Source of the DNA: a bacterium
Lineage (GTDB): Bacteria > Patescibacteriota > Minisyncoccia > Phycocordibacterales > UBA9973
Direction of reading: 5' to 3'
DNA length: 46,706 bases
Assembly (NCBI GenBank): GCA_027484965.1
Contig: JAIXRY010000009.1
Location: 1-46,706 of the forward strand
Each line of letters starts with the position of its first letter. Within the stretch, counting starts at the first letter, position 1. The notes beneath the pieces are model-generated. The model made no database searches. It was not told the origin of the DNA and saw only the letters and a program-made list of their open reading frames with translations. Positions 29,517 to 42,331 of the stretch are shown piece after piece. The position numbers and the translations under genes were made by a program.

Positions 29517-30026
29517 ATGAAACAGATATTCGATAAAATTGTTGCATGGGTGAAAAAGTATAAAGATAATATAATCCCTATCTTGGTACTCGTTCTCGTA
29601 TTTATTGTTGGTGCTATGGCTATTCGTCATGATTTTTCAAAAGAAAATTCATACGAACCAAAAAATCCAGAAGAGGTAAGTCTAGATGCGGAATCAAGTC
29701 TTTTTTTGGAAGCAGGGTCACCTGAATTAAAAGATAGTGAAATAAGTAGTGCAAATGTGGAAGTTGTAAAAGTATCAGATCCTATAGAAAGTATTACTAA
29801 AATGACTTTTAATGCGCTCTGTGTTAGTCCTGAAAAAGAAATCTCTGTATCAACTGGTACAAAGGTAAAATTTGAAAACATTCAAGGAGAAACAAAAAGT
29901 ATTAAAATTCTAGAAACTGTATACTCTATTCCACAATACAAATACCGTACATACACATTCAATACTGCTGGTAGTTTTGAAGTTTCTTGTGATAGTACTG
30001 TTGTAGGTACTGTTGTGGTAAAATAG
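29517..30026 (+). CDS. Membrane-anchored protein with cupredoxin-like C-terminal domain
   Basis: TM helix; SPEKEISVSTGTKVKFEN...YTFNTAGSFEVSC...GTVVVK. The copper-binding His residues are not evident. Confidence 0.7.
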   Translation: MKQIFDKIVAWVKKYKDNIIPILVLVLVFIVGAMAIRHDFSKENSYEPKNPEEVSLDAESSLFLEAGSPELKDSEISSANVEVVKVSDPIESITKMTFNALCVSPEKEISVSTGTKVKFENIQGETKSIKILETVYSIPQYKYRTYTFNTAGSFEVSCDSTVVGTVVVK

Positions 30027-30030
30027 ATAC

Positions 30031-30156
30031 ATGAATAATCGCCTTTTAAAAATTCTGGCTGGTTTTATAGGAATGATTTTAATAGGGCTTACATCACTTT
30101 ATTTTGTTCAATATTTTAATCAAGATAAGACAAAAAATGTTGTTATAAGAAACTAA
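30031..30156 (+). CDS. Small membrane protein, 41 aa
   Basis: Manual translation MNNRLLKILAGFIGMILIGLTSLYFVQYFNQDKTKNVVIRN*, starting 4 nt after the previous stop. Confidence 0.55.
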   Translation: MNNRLLKILAGFIGMILIGLTSLYFVQYFNQDKTKNVVIRN

Positions 30157-30203
30157 AAATTAACAGAAGTTTATTTAAAAAACACATAAATTCATTGAGT
30201 TTA

Positions 30204-30527
30204 TGTGTTTTTTTGTATTTTATATTAAGCGAGGATATTACTTTCCAGAAGCCCCACTGAGATACTTTTGGTATCGATTGGACGATCAGTATATTCGTGT
30301 CGAGAGGTTTAAGAAAAACGAGCACGATTTACGTGTGTTTTGTACTTAATTACCAAGCGAGGATGTGTGTTCCACTGTGTTTTTTGTATTTTATACTAAG
30401 CGAGGGTGTCACTCGTAAAAGACCTCTGAAAGCGCGACTGGCGCTGTAAGGAGGAAATGTTCATCAGGACATTTCCGTGTCTTTTTCGAGTGACACCCGA
30501 GCGCCTTTGACTAGGCGCACTTTTTTT
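30204..30527. repeat. Triplicated TGTGTTTTTTGTATTTTATAyTAAGCGAGG motif with associated multi-stem element
   Basis: Copies at 30204-30234, 30334-30362 and 30376-30405. A 12-bp stem gggtgtcactcg/cgagtgacaccc (30404/30487) encloses two hairpins. Confidence 0.7.
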
Positions 30528-30535
30528 GTTACTAT
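30507..30535 (+). promoter_or_regulatory. Sigma70 promoter of rplJ-rplL
   Basis: TTGACT(30507)-17 nt-TACTAT(30530) with extended TG. Confidence 0.7.
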
Positions 30536-30546
30536 ACAAGAACTTG

Positions 30547-30620
30547 CCGTAGACAGAGGGTTGTCCCAAAAGACATAAAACCTTCCGAGGTATCTCATCC
30601 AATATTTGTTGGAGATACGG
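30547..30620 (+). promoter_or_regulatory. L10 leader (ribosomal protein autoregulatory RNA)
   Basis: CCGUAGACAGAGGG...UAAAACCUUCCGAGG pattern matches the L10-leader consensus and lies directly upstream of rplJ. Confidence 0.8.
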
Positions 30621-30655
30621 TAAAAGTATGGTCGAAGCTAAAAAACAAAAAAATT

Positions 30656-31138
30656 ATGATCACAAAAGATAAAAAGAGTCTTATCATTAAAGAACTTGAA
30701 AGTTCTTTAAAAGATACAAATTCTATCGTTTTTGTAAATTTCCATAAAATTACTGTTGCTCAAGTAAACAAACTCCGTCGCACACTAGGTGAAGAAGGAA
30801 CAGGATACAAGGTAGCAAAAAAGACTCTTCTCAAGAGAGTTCTTGATGGAAAATACGAAGGTGAATTACCTGTACTCGATGGCGAAATCGCTATTGCTTA
30901 CGGTGCTGATTTGATTGCTCCAGCTCGTGGTGTAAATCAATTTGAAAAAGAAAACAAAGGTTCTCTTAAAATAGTTGGTGGTGTTTTTGAAGGTAAATAC
31001 ATGAACGCACAAGAAATGCTTGCTATTGCAACTATTCCTTCTCGTGAAGTACTTCTTTCACAAATCGCATACCTCCTCAAGAGTCCTATGCAAAGACTTG
31101 CTATCGGCGTTAAAGCTGTAGCGGAAAAGAAAGCTTAA
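30656..31138 (+). CDS. rplJ: 50S ribosomal protein L10
   Basis: LRR...KVAKKTLL, LATIPSREVLL-type motifs; followed by rplL. Confidence 0.96.
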   Translation: MITKDKKSLIIKELESSLKDTNSIVFVNFHKITVAQVNKLRRTLGEEGTGYKVAKKTLLKRVLDGKYEGELPVLDGEIAIAYGADLIAPARGVNQFEKENKGSLKIVGGVFEGKYMNAQEMLAIATIPSREVLLSQIAYLLKSPMQRLAIGVKAVAEKKA

Positions 31139-31215
31139 TCGCTTTAAATGGTTAGTTAAGTTATTAAATTAATATTTCTAGAAACTATAATAAGTATCTA
31201 GAACCTAATAAAATT

Positions 31216-31578
31216 ATGTCAAAATTCGATTCATTCCTCTCAGAACTTGAAAACGCTTCAGTTCTAGAACTCAATGACCTTGTAAAGGCTATTGAAGAAA
31301 AATTCGGTGTTTCTGCAGCAGCTGTTGCAAGCGCTCCAGCAGCAGCCGGTGCAGCAGAAGAAGTAAAAGATTCATTTACAGTTGTTCTTGCAAGTGCAGG
31401 TGAACAAAAAATTGCTGTTATGAAAGTAGTTAAAGAAGCTCTTGGTCTCGGTCTTAAAGAAGCAAAAGATTTGGTTGATGGTGCACCAGCAACAATCAAA
31501 GAAGGTGCTAAGAAAGACGAAGCAGAAGCAATGAAAAAAGCTATTGAAGAGGCAGGAGGAAAGGTTGAGTTAAAGTAA
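31216..31578 (+). CDS. rplL: 50S ribosomal protein L7/L12
   Basis: [43 protein letters not shown]. Confidence 0.98.
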   Translation: MSKFDSFLSELENASVLELNDLVKAIEEKFGVSAAAVASAPAAAGAAEEVKDSFTVVLASAGEQKIAVMKVVKEALGLGLKEAKDLVDGAPATIKEGAKKDEAEAMKKAIEEAGGKVELK

Positions 31579-31594
31579 TTTTACTTTAACTAAA

Positions 31595-31911
31595 ACTTTC
31601 CGGAAGTACTCGAATTTCTTTTCTTAGAGAAATTCAGAGTGCAAGGAGGAAATTAGAAAGAAAACCCGCTTAAAGCGGGTTTTCTTTCTAATTTAAGTCG
31701 TGCCCATTTGTGCGCCTCTAAAGCGCACAGGGACTCAGAGGAAAAGTAGAACTTAAATAAGCTAGCTTGTTTAAGGAGACTTTTCCGGAAACACTCAATT
31801 TTTCTTTCTTAGGAAAAATTAGAGTGTAAGGAGGTATACAAAAAGAAAATCGCCTATAGGCGATTTTCTTTTTGTATTGAAAGATGTCTTTTTGTATTTT
31901 TACCTCGCTTG
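31595..31911. repeat. Two imperfect tandem copies of a structured element of about 100 nt with compensatory base changes
   Basis: ACTTT(T)CCGGAA-[hairpin]-AAGGAGG-[long hairpin] at 31595-31694 and 31779-31877. Confidence 0.75.
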
Positions 31912-31985
31912 CCCCTTTTTCTATAAAAAGAGTATAATATACACATTATTCAGTCCGACTGTTCGGAATTAACTTTTCTTTAACG

Positions 31986-32582
31986 ATGGAAATCCTTTCA
32001 AAACTCTTTGGTAGTAGTGTGCGAGTAAAAATAATGAGACTTTTTATTTTGAATACTGATACAGTGTTTGATATTAAGATGCTTACATCAAAAGCTCGTG
32101 TACCAAAAACATCTCTGAGAAAAGATTTAAATATTCTTGTTGCTATTGGTTTTATAAAAAGAAAAAATTCAAAAGGGAAGTTAATTGGATTTATATTTAA
32201 TCCTGATTTTGCTTTTATTGGTCCAATAAAAGAACTTCTTTTAAATCCTGAATTTATGAAAAAGGACGAAATTGCTAGTCGTTTTAAACAAGTTGGTAAA
32301 GTAAAACTTCTTGCAGTTTCGGGTATATTTATCGACAGTAATCAGTCTCGTCTCGATATATTACTTGTTGCAGATAAGATTAAGCGTCCAGTTTTTGATC
32401 AAATTATAAAGACATTGGAAGCTGAACTTGGAAAAGAGCTTGCTTATGCAATCTTTACACCAGATGAATTCTTTTATCGTCTTGATATGTATGACAAGCT
32501 TTTGTCAGATATGCTTGATTTCCCTCATGAGAAATTAATAGCTACTCCAGAGTTTTCCACATTTACCCTGAAGAAAACTTAA
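31986..32582 (+). CDS. wHTH + nucleotidyltransferase-fold (MNT-like) protein
   Basis: LFGSSVRVKIMRLF HTH start; LAVSGIF...RLDILLVAD degenerate NTase motif. Confidence 0.7.
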   Translation: MEILSKLFGSSVRVKIMRLFILNTDTVFDIKMLTSKARVPKTSLRKDLNILVAIGFIKRKNSKGKLIGFIFNPDFAFIGPIKELLLNPEFMKKDEIASRFKQVGKVKLLAVSGIFIDSNQSRLDILLVADKIKRPVFDQIIKTLEAELGKELAYAIFTPDEFFYRLDMYDKLLSDMLDFPHEKLIATPEFSTFTLKKT

Positions 32583-32662
32583 AAAGTGATATAATAGATA
32601 TGTCTGCAGGTGTCGAACCTGTCAGGTCTTTTAATAAGATTTTTTTAGATATAAATTTCCAT

Positions 32663-33343
32663 ATGTTGATTCAAACATGGGGTGAGGTGTTCACAGCATC
32701 TCTACAAGGACTCTGGATCGGATTTATTCAATTCGTTCCAATGCTCCTTCTCGCAATTATAATTTTTATTGTTGGTTGGGTAGTTGCTTCTGTTGTAGGT
32801 AAAGCATTCTCTCAAGTTATCGGTGCTTTGAAATTAGACAAACTTCTGTCATCAGCTGGTGCAGATCATATGTTTGATAGAGCTGGTATCAAACTTGATG
32901 TTGGTGGATTTATTGGATGGCTTGTAAAATGGTTTATTATACTTGCATTCCTAGTTGCTTCACTTAATCTTATTGGTTTGAATGTAATCAATGAATTCAT
33001 CCGTGATGTTGTTCTTGCTTATATTCCACAAGTAATCATCGCAGCTCTTGTACTTATGGTTGCAGCTGTTGTTTCAAATGGCGCAAGAAAAGTTATTATA
33101 AGTTCAGCAAGAGCAGCTAATGTTCCTTCAGCAGGAATGCTTGGAACTATCTCTTACTATGCTATCTGGATATTTGGATTTATCATTGCGCTTTCACATC
33201 TTGGAATCGCAGAAGGATACATGCAATCACTCTTCACTGCAATCGTAGCAATGCTCGCACTTGCAGGAGGACTCGCATTTGGTCTTGGTGGACGCGATGC
33301 AGCAGCACGTGCAATCGACCACTTCCGTTCAGATCTTAAATAA
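32663..33343 (+). CDS. CmpX-like / MscS-associated TM-helix-repeat membrane protein
   Basis: Repeats FVPMLLLAIIIFIVGW and YIPQVIIAALVL; C-terminal GLAFGLGGRDAA. Start may alternatively be 32600. Confidence 0.8.
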   Translation: MLIQTWGEVFTASLQGLWIGFIQFVPMLLLAIIIFIVGWVVASVVGKAFSQVIGALKLDKLLSSAGADHMFDRAGIKLDVGGFIGWLVKWFIILAFLVASLNLIGLNVINEFIRDVVLAYIPQVIIAALVLMVAAVVSNGARKVIISSARAANVPSAGMLGTISYYAIWIFGFIIALSHLGIAEGYMQSLFTAIVAMLALAGGLAFGLGGRDAAARAIDHFRSDLK

Positions 33344-33496
33344 TTAAATTATTTAAATATAAAAAAGCCTCGTAATTACGAGGCTTTTTTATTTGAATTT
33401 CTTTACTATTTTATGTCCTAATTTTATTTTTTTCCTTACAAAATAAGGCTTTTTATTTATAGGTAAAAACAACATGTAAAAGGATGTAATTTCCCC

Positions 33497-33546
33497 TTGA
33501 CTCAATAATTACTTTGGTATATACTCCCTCTTGTATTCTTTGATAA
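33497..33546 (+). promoter_or_regulatory. rRNA promoter and boxA-like element
   Basis: TTGACT(33497)-17 nt-TATACT(33520); ATTCTTTGATAA at about 33535. Confidence 0.75.
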
Positions 33547-33667
33547 AAAAATTACCGCCCGGACGCCCAATTTTGGGGTCTTTTATGTCCGAGGCGGGAG
33601 TGGTTTGCATACAGAGGAAGCGGTTCCCGAGTATGAGCCACGACAGTAGTTTTTAAATTTCCTGATA

Positions 33668-37080
<3,413 letters not shown>

Positions 37081-37121
37081 ATTAGGAAATTTGAAAACTA
37101 CGTTTATATTACGAATGCTCT

Positions 37122-37232
<111 letters not shown>

Positions 37233-37395
37233 AGAGCATTCGTTACATCAAAGAATACAATACAATACCCACCAAAGTTTTATTACTGAGGTGGGTTTTG
37301 TATTTGTATGTATACTTTTAAAAAATAAAAAACCATTATCTATAAATAATGGTTTTTTATTTTTTATTAATCCTATTTCCTTGTATAATACTTGT

Positions 37396-38184
37396 ATGTC
37401 AATCTGGTCTCTAAAACGTCAATTCACTTACGCTTCATTATTTTTTGTTGTGGTCTTTGGATTGCTTGCGATTATTCTAAAGCCACTATATATCAAGACT
37501 CCTACGTGTTTTGATCAAAAGAAAAATGGAGATGAGTCTGGAATCGATTGTGGGGGGTCTTGCATGCTTATGTGTGTATCAGATACAATTCCCCCTCTCG
37601 TGCTCTGGGCACGTGCATATCCAGCTACAGAAGCTATCTGGAATGCTGCTGCATATATAGAAAACCAAAATTCTTCATCTTATGGATTCAACGCTTCGTA
37701 TGAATTTCGTTTGTATGACAAAGATAATTTACTCATTGCAAAAACAGAAGGACAAACGTTTGTTAATCCAAATGGTCGTCAAACAATATTTTATCCAGGT
37801 ATAGAAGTAGGGAATAGAATCCCAGTACGTACAGTTTTTACTTTTACAGAACAACCTACATGGTATAAGAGTGTGTTTAAAATGTCAGAATTAAAGCTCA
37901 CAGTTTCTGATATTAGAAAAGGAGATATTAATGGTAAGCCATATATCACAACTATGATAAAAAATAATAGTGAAATGGTTATACCAAAATTTGATGTTTT
38001 TGTTCTTGTGTATGATGAGAATAATAATGTGAGAGCTGTTTCAAAAACAGTTGTTGATGGTCTACAAAAAGATGAAGAGACTATAGCTTCATTTACTTGG
38101 AATAGTTCATTTGGAGATGGAATCTTGAGATATATAATTGAACCTGTTGTTGATACAGCGATGCTTTCGTATGCAAATAAGTAG
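37396..38184 (+). CDS. Membrane-anchored protein with Cys/Asp-rich motif and two FxLYD-like Ig domains
   Basis: TM helix; TCFDQKKNGDESGIDCGGSC; FRLYD and VLVYD strands. Confidence 0.75.
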   Translation: MSIWSLKRQFTYASLFFVVVFGLLAIILKPLYIKTPTCFDQKKNGDESGIDCGGSCMLMCVSDTIPPLVLWARAYPATEAIWNAAAYIENQNSSSYGFNASYEFRLYDKDNLLIAKTEGQTFVNPNGRQTIFYPGIEVGNRIPVRTVFTFTEQPTWYKSVFKMSELKLTVSDIRKGDINGKPYITTMIKNNSEMVIPKFDVFVLVYDENNNVRAVSKTVVDGLQKDEETIASFTWNSSFGDGILRYIIEPVVDTAMLSYANK

Positions 38185-39307
38185 TCTTAAAAAATATTTA
38201 AGTCATATTGATTGGACTCTTGTACTTGTACTCATTCCTATTCTTTGTGCAGGACTTGTAACTATGAGTTCTTTTGTTGGTGAGTCATCATTCTTTTGGA
38301 GACAATTTATTTTTATAATTATTGGATTTGTATTCTTTTTTATTTTCTCGAATTCTGATATTAGATTTTTGAAAAAGAGTAGGTTACTTTTTGGTTTATT
38401 TATATTTTTCCTTGGAATATTAATAACTCTTTTTGCTGTTGGATATACATCAAATGGTGCAAAGAGTTGGTTTAATTTTGGCTTCTTTTCTTTTCAACCT
38501 GTAGACATGGTGAAGGTTATAGTAGTTTTAATGCTAGCAAAGTATTTTTCTCGACGTCATGTTGAGATTGCGCAGACTCGCCATTTGTTAATATCAGGAT
38601 TATATGCTTTTATTCCTTTTATTCTTGTTTTTTTACAACCAGACTTTGGAAGTGCGATGATTATTCTTCTTGTATGGTTTGGTATGGCACTTATTTCAGG
38701 GCTTGGAAGAAAACAGCTTCTTATTCTTTCTTCTATTGGACTTATAGCTTTCTTGAGTCTATGGTTCTTTGTTTTCAAACCATATCAAAAAGCGAGAATC
38801 ATAAACTTTGTAAATCCGACTTCAGATATTAAAGGAACAGGGTATAATGCGTATCAATCTACAATTGCTGTAGGATCAGGTAAGCTTATTGGTAAGGGTG
38901 TTGGTTTTGGGACTCAATCACGCCTAGAATTTTTACCAGAATATCAAACAGACTTTATATTTGCTGCTTATTCTGAAGAGTGGGGATTTTTAGGTTCATT
39001 TATTATTTTAATTCTATACTGTATTTTAATTTGGAGAATTATTAAAACGTCTCTAATTGGTGCGACTAATTTTGAAATGCTTTATGGTGTCGGTATTGCG
39101 ATATTATTTTTCTCTCACGCAATGATTAATATAGGAATGAATATTGGAGTTTTACCTGTAACAGGAATTCCTCTTCCATTTATGAGTTATGGTGGTTCAC
39201 ATATTGTGACAGAACTTGCGGCTCTCGGGCTCCTGATGAGTACGCGTAAATATTCACGAGCAACGCACAGAGATAGAATGAAAAATGAATTTTTAGGAAT
39301 TGCTTAA
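38171..39307 (+). CDS. rodA: Rod shape-determining SEDS protein RodA
   Basis: GAKSW, FQP, LQPDFGSA, QSTIAVGSG, LPEYQTDFIFA, PVTGIPLPFMSYGGS. Confidence 0.93.
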   Translation: MQISSLKKYLSHIDWTLVLVLIPILCAGLVTMSSFVGESSFFWRQFIFIIIGFVFFFIFSNSDIRFLKKSRLLFGLFIFFLGILITLFAVGYTSNGAKSWFNFGFFSFQPVDMVKVIVVLMLAKYFSRRHVEIAQTRHLLISGLYAFIPFILVFLQPDFGSAMIILLVWFGMALISGLGRKQLLILSSIGLIAFLSLWFFVFKPYQKARIINFVNPTSDIKGTGYNAYQSTIAVGSGKLIGKGVGFGTQSRLEFLPEYQTDFIFAAYSEEWGFLGSFIILILYCILIWRIIKTSLIGATNFEMLYGVGIAILFFSHAMINIGMNIGVLPVTGIPLPFMSYGGSHIVTELAALGLLMSTRKYSRATHRDRMKNEFLGIA

Positions 39308-39433
39308 GTATACAAAAATAATATATGAATCCCGATAGAAATTTAACACACAGGTAAAATAATGATATATTTTTTATAGTATTATATGAAAAACAAATTA
39401 ACTAACTTATTAATAAAATAAATTTCGCACGGG

Positions 39434-40012
39434 ATGAATATAGAAATATTTAATTTTTTACATAGTTTTGCAGGAAAGTCACAATTTTTTGACTCGCTTG
39501 TTGTTTTTATTGCGAATCCTTTCGGATACATTTTAATAGGTATTTCATATTTGTATCTTATTTTTTATACTATTGAAGATACTTATGTATTCAAGAAAAT
39601 TGGTTCAAGAATTACTCAAATAACTATTTTGTCACTTTCTGTTGGTCTTGCACTTCTTTTTTCTCATATAATAAAAATATTAGTTCAAGCTCCTAGGCCA
39701 TTTATTGTTTTGTCTGATATTAATGAACTTTTCTTGTATGGTTCATACGACTCTTTTCCTTCAGGACATGCGACTCTTTTTTCTGCTTTAGCAGTAGCTA
39801 TTTTTATGTATCACAGAAAAATGGGCATGTTTTTTATTTGCGGAGCAATACTTATTGGTCTTTCAAGAATTATTGTGGGGATTCATTTTCCTATAGATAT
39901 TTTAGCTGGCTTTATTCTTGGAGGAACACTTTCTTGGGCTACGTATTACACAACAAATATATTTATAAGTAAATTTTTCCCAAAGATTGATTTTTTATCA
40001 AAAAAGCCTTAG
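39434..40012 (+). CDS. PAP2 family phosphatase (undecaprenyl-diphosphatase-like)
   Basis: K...PRP, SFPSGH, SRIIVGIHFPIDI. Confidence 0.92.
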   Translation: MNIEIFNFLHSFAGKSQFFDSLVVFIANPFGYILIGISYLYLIFYTIEDTYVFKKIGSRITQITILSLSVGLALLFSHIIKILVQAPRPFIVLSDINELFLYGSYDSFPSGHATLFSALAVAIFMYHRKMGMFFICGAILIGLSRIIVGIHFPIDILAGFILGGTLSWATYYTTNIFISKFFPKIDFLSKKP

Positions 40013-40025
40013 AATTACAAGTATT

Positions 40026-41381
40026 ATGTGGAAAACAAGAATATTTGCATTGGTTTTATTGATTGCCGCTTTCGGACTTGGGTGGTTTGTATACAAAACT
40101 GAAAATAATGCAGCGAACGACAGTGCGAAGTCAAAATACGCTTTTAAGTTGGGTCTTGATTTGAAAGGAGGGACAACTCTTACATATCGTGCCGACGTAT
40201 CAAAGGTTCCTTCAGGTTCTGTGGGGCAGTCTATGGATTCTCTTCGTGATGTTATTGAAAGAAGAGTTAATCTCTTCGGTGTTTCAGAGCCAAGTGTTCA
40301 AGTTGAACAAGCAGGGTTTTCTAATGGAAATGAAGAGCGTCTCATAGTAGATCTTCCAGGTGTTAGTGATATTGATAAAGCAGTTCAAATGATTGGTCAA
40401 ACACCTCTTCTTGAATTCCGTACAGAAGGTACTTCTGATGAACCAATACCTGTTACTGTTGGAAAAGATGGAAACGTTGTTATTCCAGAAATTGATATTA
40501 ATTCAAAATACAAAGAAACAGAACTTACAGGTCGTTTCTTGAAGCGTGCTACTGTTGAATTTGATCAAACAACAATGCAACCAAAAGTATCTCTTCAGTT
40601 TAATGAAGAAGGTTCAAAACTTTTTGAAGATATTACTCGTGCAAATGTTGGGAAGACTGTTGCAATATATTTGGATGGTTCACCAATCTCAACACCTCGT
40701 GTTAATGAAGCTATTACAGGTGGACAAGCCGTTATTTCTGGAAACTTCACTCCTCAAGAAGCAAAGCTTCTTGTAGGTCGTCTAAATTCTGGAGCCCTTC
40801 CTGTACCAATCGAACTCATTTCAACACAAACAATAGGAGCATCTTTGGGTGATATTGCTGTAAAAGACGGTGTTAAGGCTGGAGTTATTGGATTTATTCT
40901 TGTAGCACTATTTTTGATTGTTTGGTATCGTTTGCCAGGTATTATTGCTGCTGTCGCGCTTTTGATTTATGTAATAATAATGTTTTCATTATTTAAAATT
41001 ATTCCAATCACTCTTACTGCTGCAGGTATTGCCGGATTTATTATCTCTATAGGTACTGCTGTTGACGGTAATATTCTTATTTTTGAAAGAATTAAAGAAG
41101 AGCTTCGTGGCGGAAAGACAATCAAAGAAGCAATTGAAGCTGGATATGCTCGTGCGTGGTTCTCTATTCGTGATGCAAACATTGCAAGTATTATTTCTGG
41201 AGTAGTGCTTTATGCTGTAGGAACAAGTCTTATGAAAGGTTTTGCTCTAACACTTGTTGTTGGTATGGTAGTGTCTCTTACTTCAATTCTTATTATCTCA
41301 AGAATATTAATTTTCTCACTCTCAACAACAAATAATAGTAAAATCGTAAGATTCTTATTTAGTTCAGGTATTTCAAAATAA
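40026..41381 (+). CDS. secD: Protein translocase subunit SecD
   Basis: LGLDLKGG, RRVNLFGVSEP, LNSGALP, GTAVDGNILIFERIKEE. Confidence 0.96.
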   Translation: MWKTRIFALVLLIAAFGLGWFVYKTENNAANDSAKSKYAFKLGLDLKGGTTLTYRADVSKVPSGSVGQSMDSLRDVIERRVNLFGVSEPSVQVEQAGFSNGNEERLIVDLPGVSDIDKAVQMIGQTPLLEFRTEGTSDEPIPVTVGKDGNVVIPEIDINSKYKETELTGRFLKRATVEFDQTTMQPKVSLQFNEEGSKLFEDITRANVGKTVAIYLDGSPISTPRVNEAITGGQAVISGNFTPQEAKLLVGRLNSGALPVPIELISTQTIGASLGDIAVKDGVKAGVIGFILVALFLIVWYRLPGIIAAVALLIYVIIMFSLFKIIPITLTAAGIAGFIISIGTAVDGNILIFERIKEELRGGKTIKEAIEAGYARAWFSIRDANIASIISGVVLYAVGTSLMKGFALTLVVGMVVSLTSILIISRILIFSLSTTNNSKIVRFLFSSGISK

Positions 41382-41398
41382 CTTTAAGAATTATATAT

Positions 41399-42280
41399 AT
41401 GTTTATCATCAATCACAAAAAAATATTTATCGGAATCTCAAGTCTTCTAGTTCTCTTGTCTATCGGATCAATCGTATTCTTTGGACTTCCTTTGAGTATT
41501 GATTTCAAAGGGGGAGCAATGACTCAAGTTTCTTATACTGATGTTCGTCCTGATGTTTCTGTTATCAATGAATCTCTGTCTGGTCTTGATTTGGGACAAA
41601 CTCTAGTACAGCCAGTAGGTGAAAAAGATTTTAGTATTAAGACAAAACATCTTACTGAACAAGAAAGAATGAGTCTTATTGAAACTCTCAAATCAAAAGG
41701 AACTCTCGAAGAAAAAGGATTCACTTCTATTGGTCCCTCTGTTGGGAAAGGGTTAGTAAGGAAAGTGGCACTTGCAACTATTTTAGTTTCTCTTATTATA
41801 ATTTTATTTATCGCTTATGCTTTCCGTGGAGTATCATATCCTGTAAAAGCTTGGAAATATGGAGTTGTTGCTATTGGTACACTTCTTCATGATGCGATTA
41901 TTCCTGTAGGTATTTTTGCAATCCTTGCAAAAACCCTTGGAGCAGAAGTTGATACATTGTTTGTTGTAGCGCTACTTACAATTCTTGGTCTATCTATCTC
42001 AGATACAATCGTTATATTTGACCGTGTTCGTGAAAATTTGAAATTGAAAAAGTATGCAACTTTCCAAGAAACTGTCGGACAAAGTATTGATCAATCATTT
42101 ACACGCTCTATCAATACAGGATTTTCAGTTATTGTTGTGTTGGTGATCCTCACTATTTTTGGACCATCAACGACTAGAGTCTTTGCTATGATGCTTGCTG
42201 CTGGAATGATATTCGGTACATACTCATCTATATTCCTTGCTTCACCACTTTTGGTAGCTTGGTTTGAAAAACAAAAATAA
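41399..42280 (+). CDS. secF: Protein translocase subunit SecF
   Basis: SIDFKGG, SIGPSVG, LLHD, DTIVIFDRVRE, GTYSSIFLASP. Confidence 0.96.
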   Translation: MFIINHKKIFIGISSLLVLLSIGSIVFFGLPLSIDFKGGAMTQVSYTDVRPDVSVINESLSGLDLGQTLVQPVGEKDFSIKTKHLTEQERMSLIETLKSKGTLEEKGFTSIGPSVGKGLVRKVALATILVSLIIILFIAYAFRGVSYPVKAWKYGVVAIGTLLHDAIIPVGIFAILAKTLGAEVDTLFVVALLTILGLSISDTIVIFDRVRENLKLKKYATFQETVGQSIDQSFTRSINTGFSVIVVLVILTIFGPSTTRVFAMMLAAGMIFGTYSSIFLASPLLVAWFEKQK

Positions 42281-42287
42281 AAATATT

Positions 42288-42316
42288 AAAGCGGTTCATT
42301 TCTGAACCGCTTTTTT
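42288..42316. terminator. Bidirectional terminator
   Basis: aaagcggttca-tttc-tgaaccgcttt. Confidence 0.8.
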
Positions 42317-42331
42317 GATCTTTTTGCAATA

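Noticed and set aside
30204-30405. Three direct repeats as a mini CRISPR array
   Set aside because: The repeats are degenerate, the spacers are very unequal (about 100 and 13 nt), and no cas genes are present.
30420-30480. Glycine-riboswitch-like CUCUGAAAG...AAGGAG, and hammerhead-like CUGAUGA on the minus strand
   Set aside because: It lacks the CUCUCAGG half of the glycine aptamer. The CUGAUGA lies in a simple hairpin with no stem II and GAAA following.
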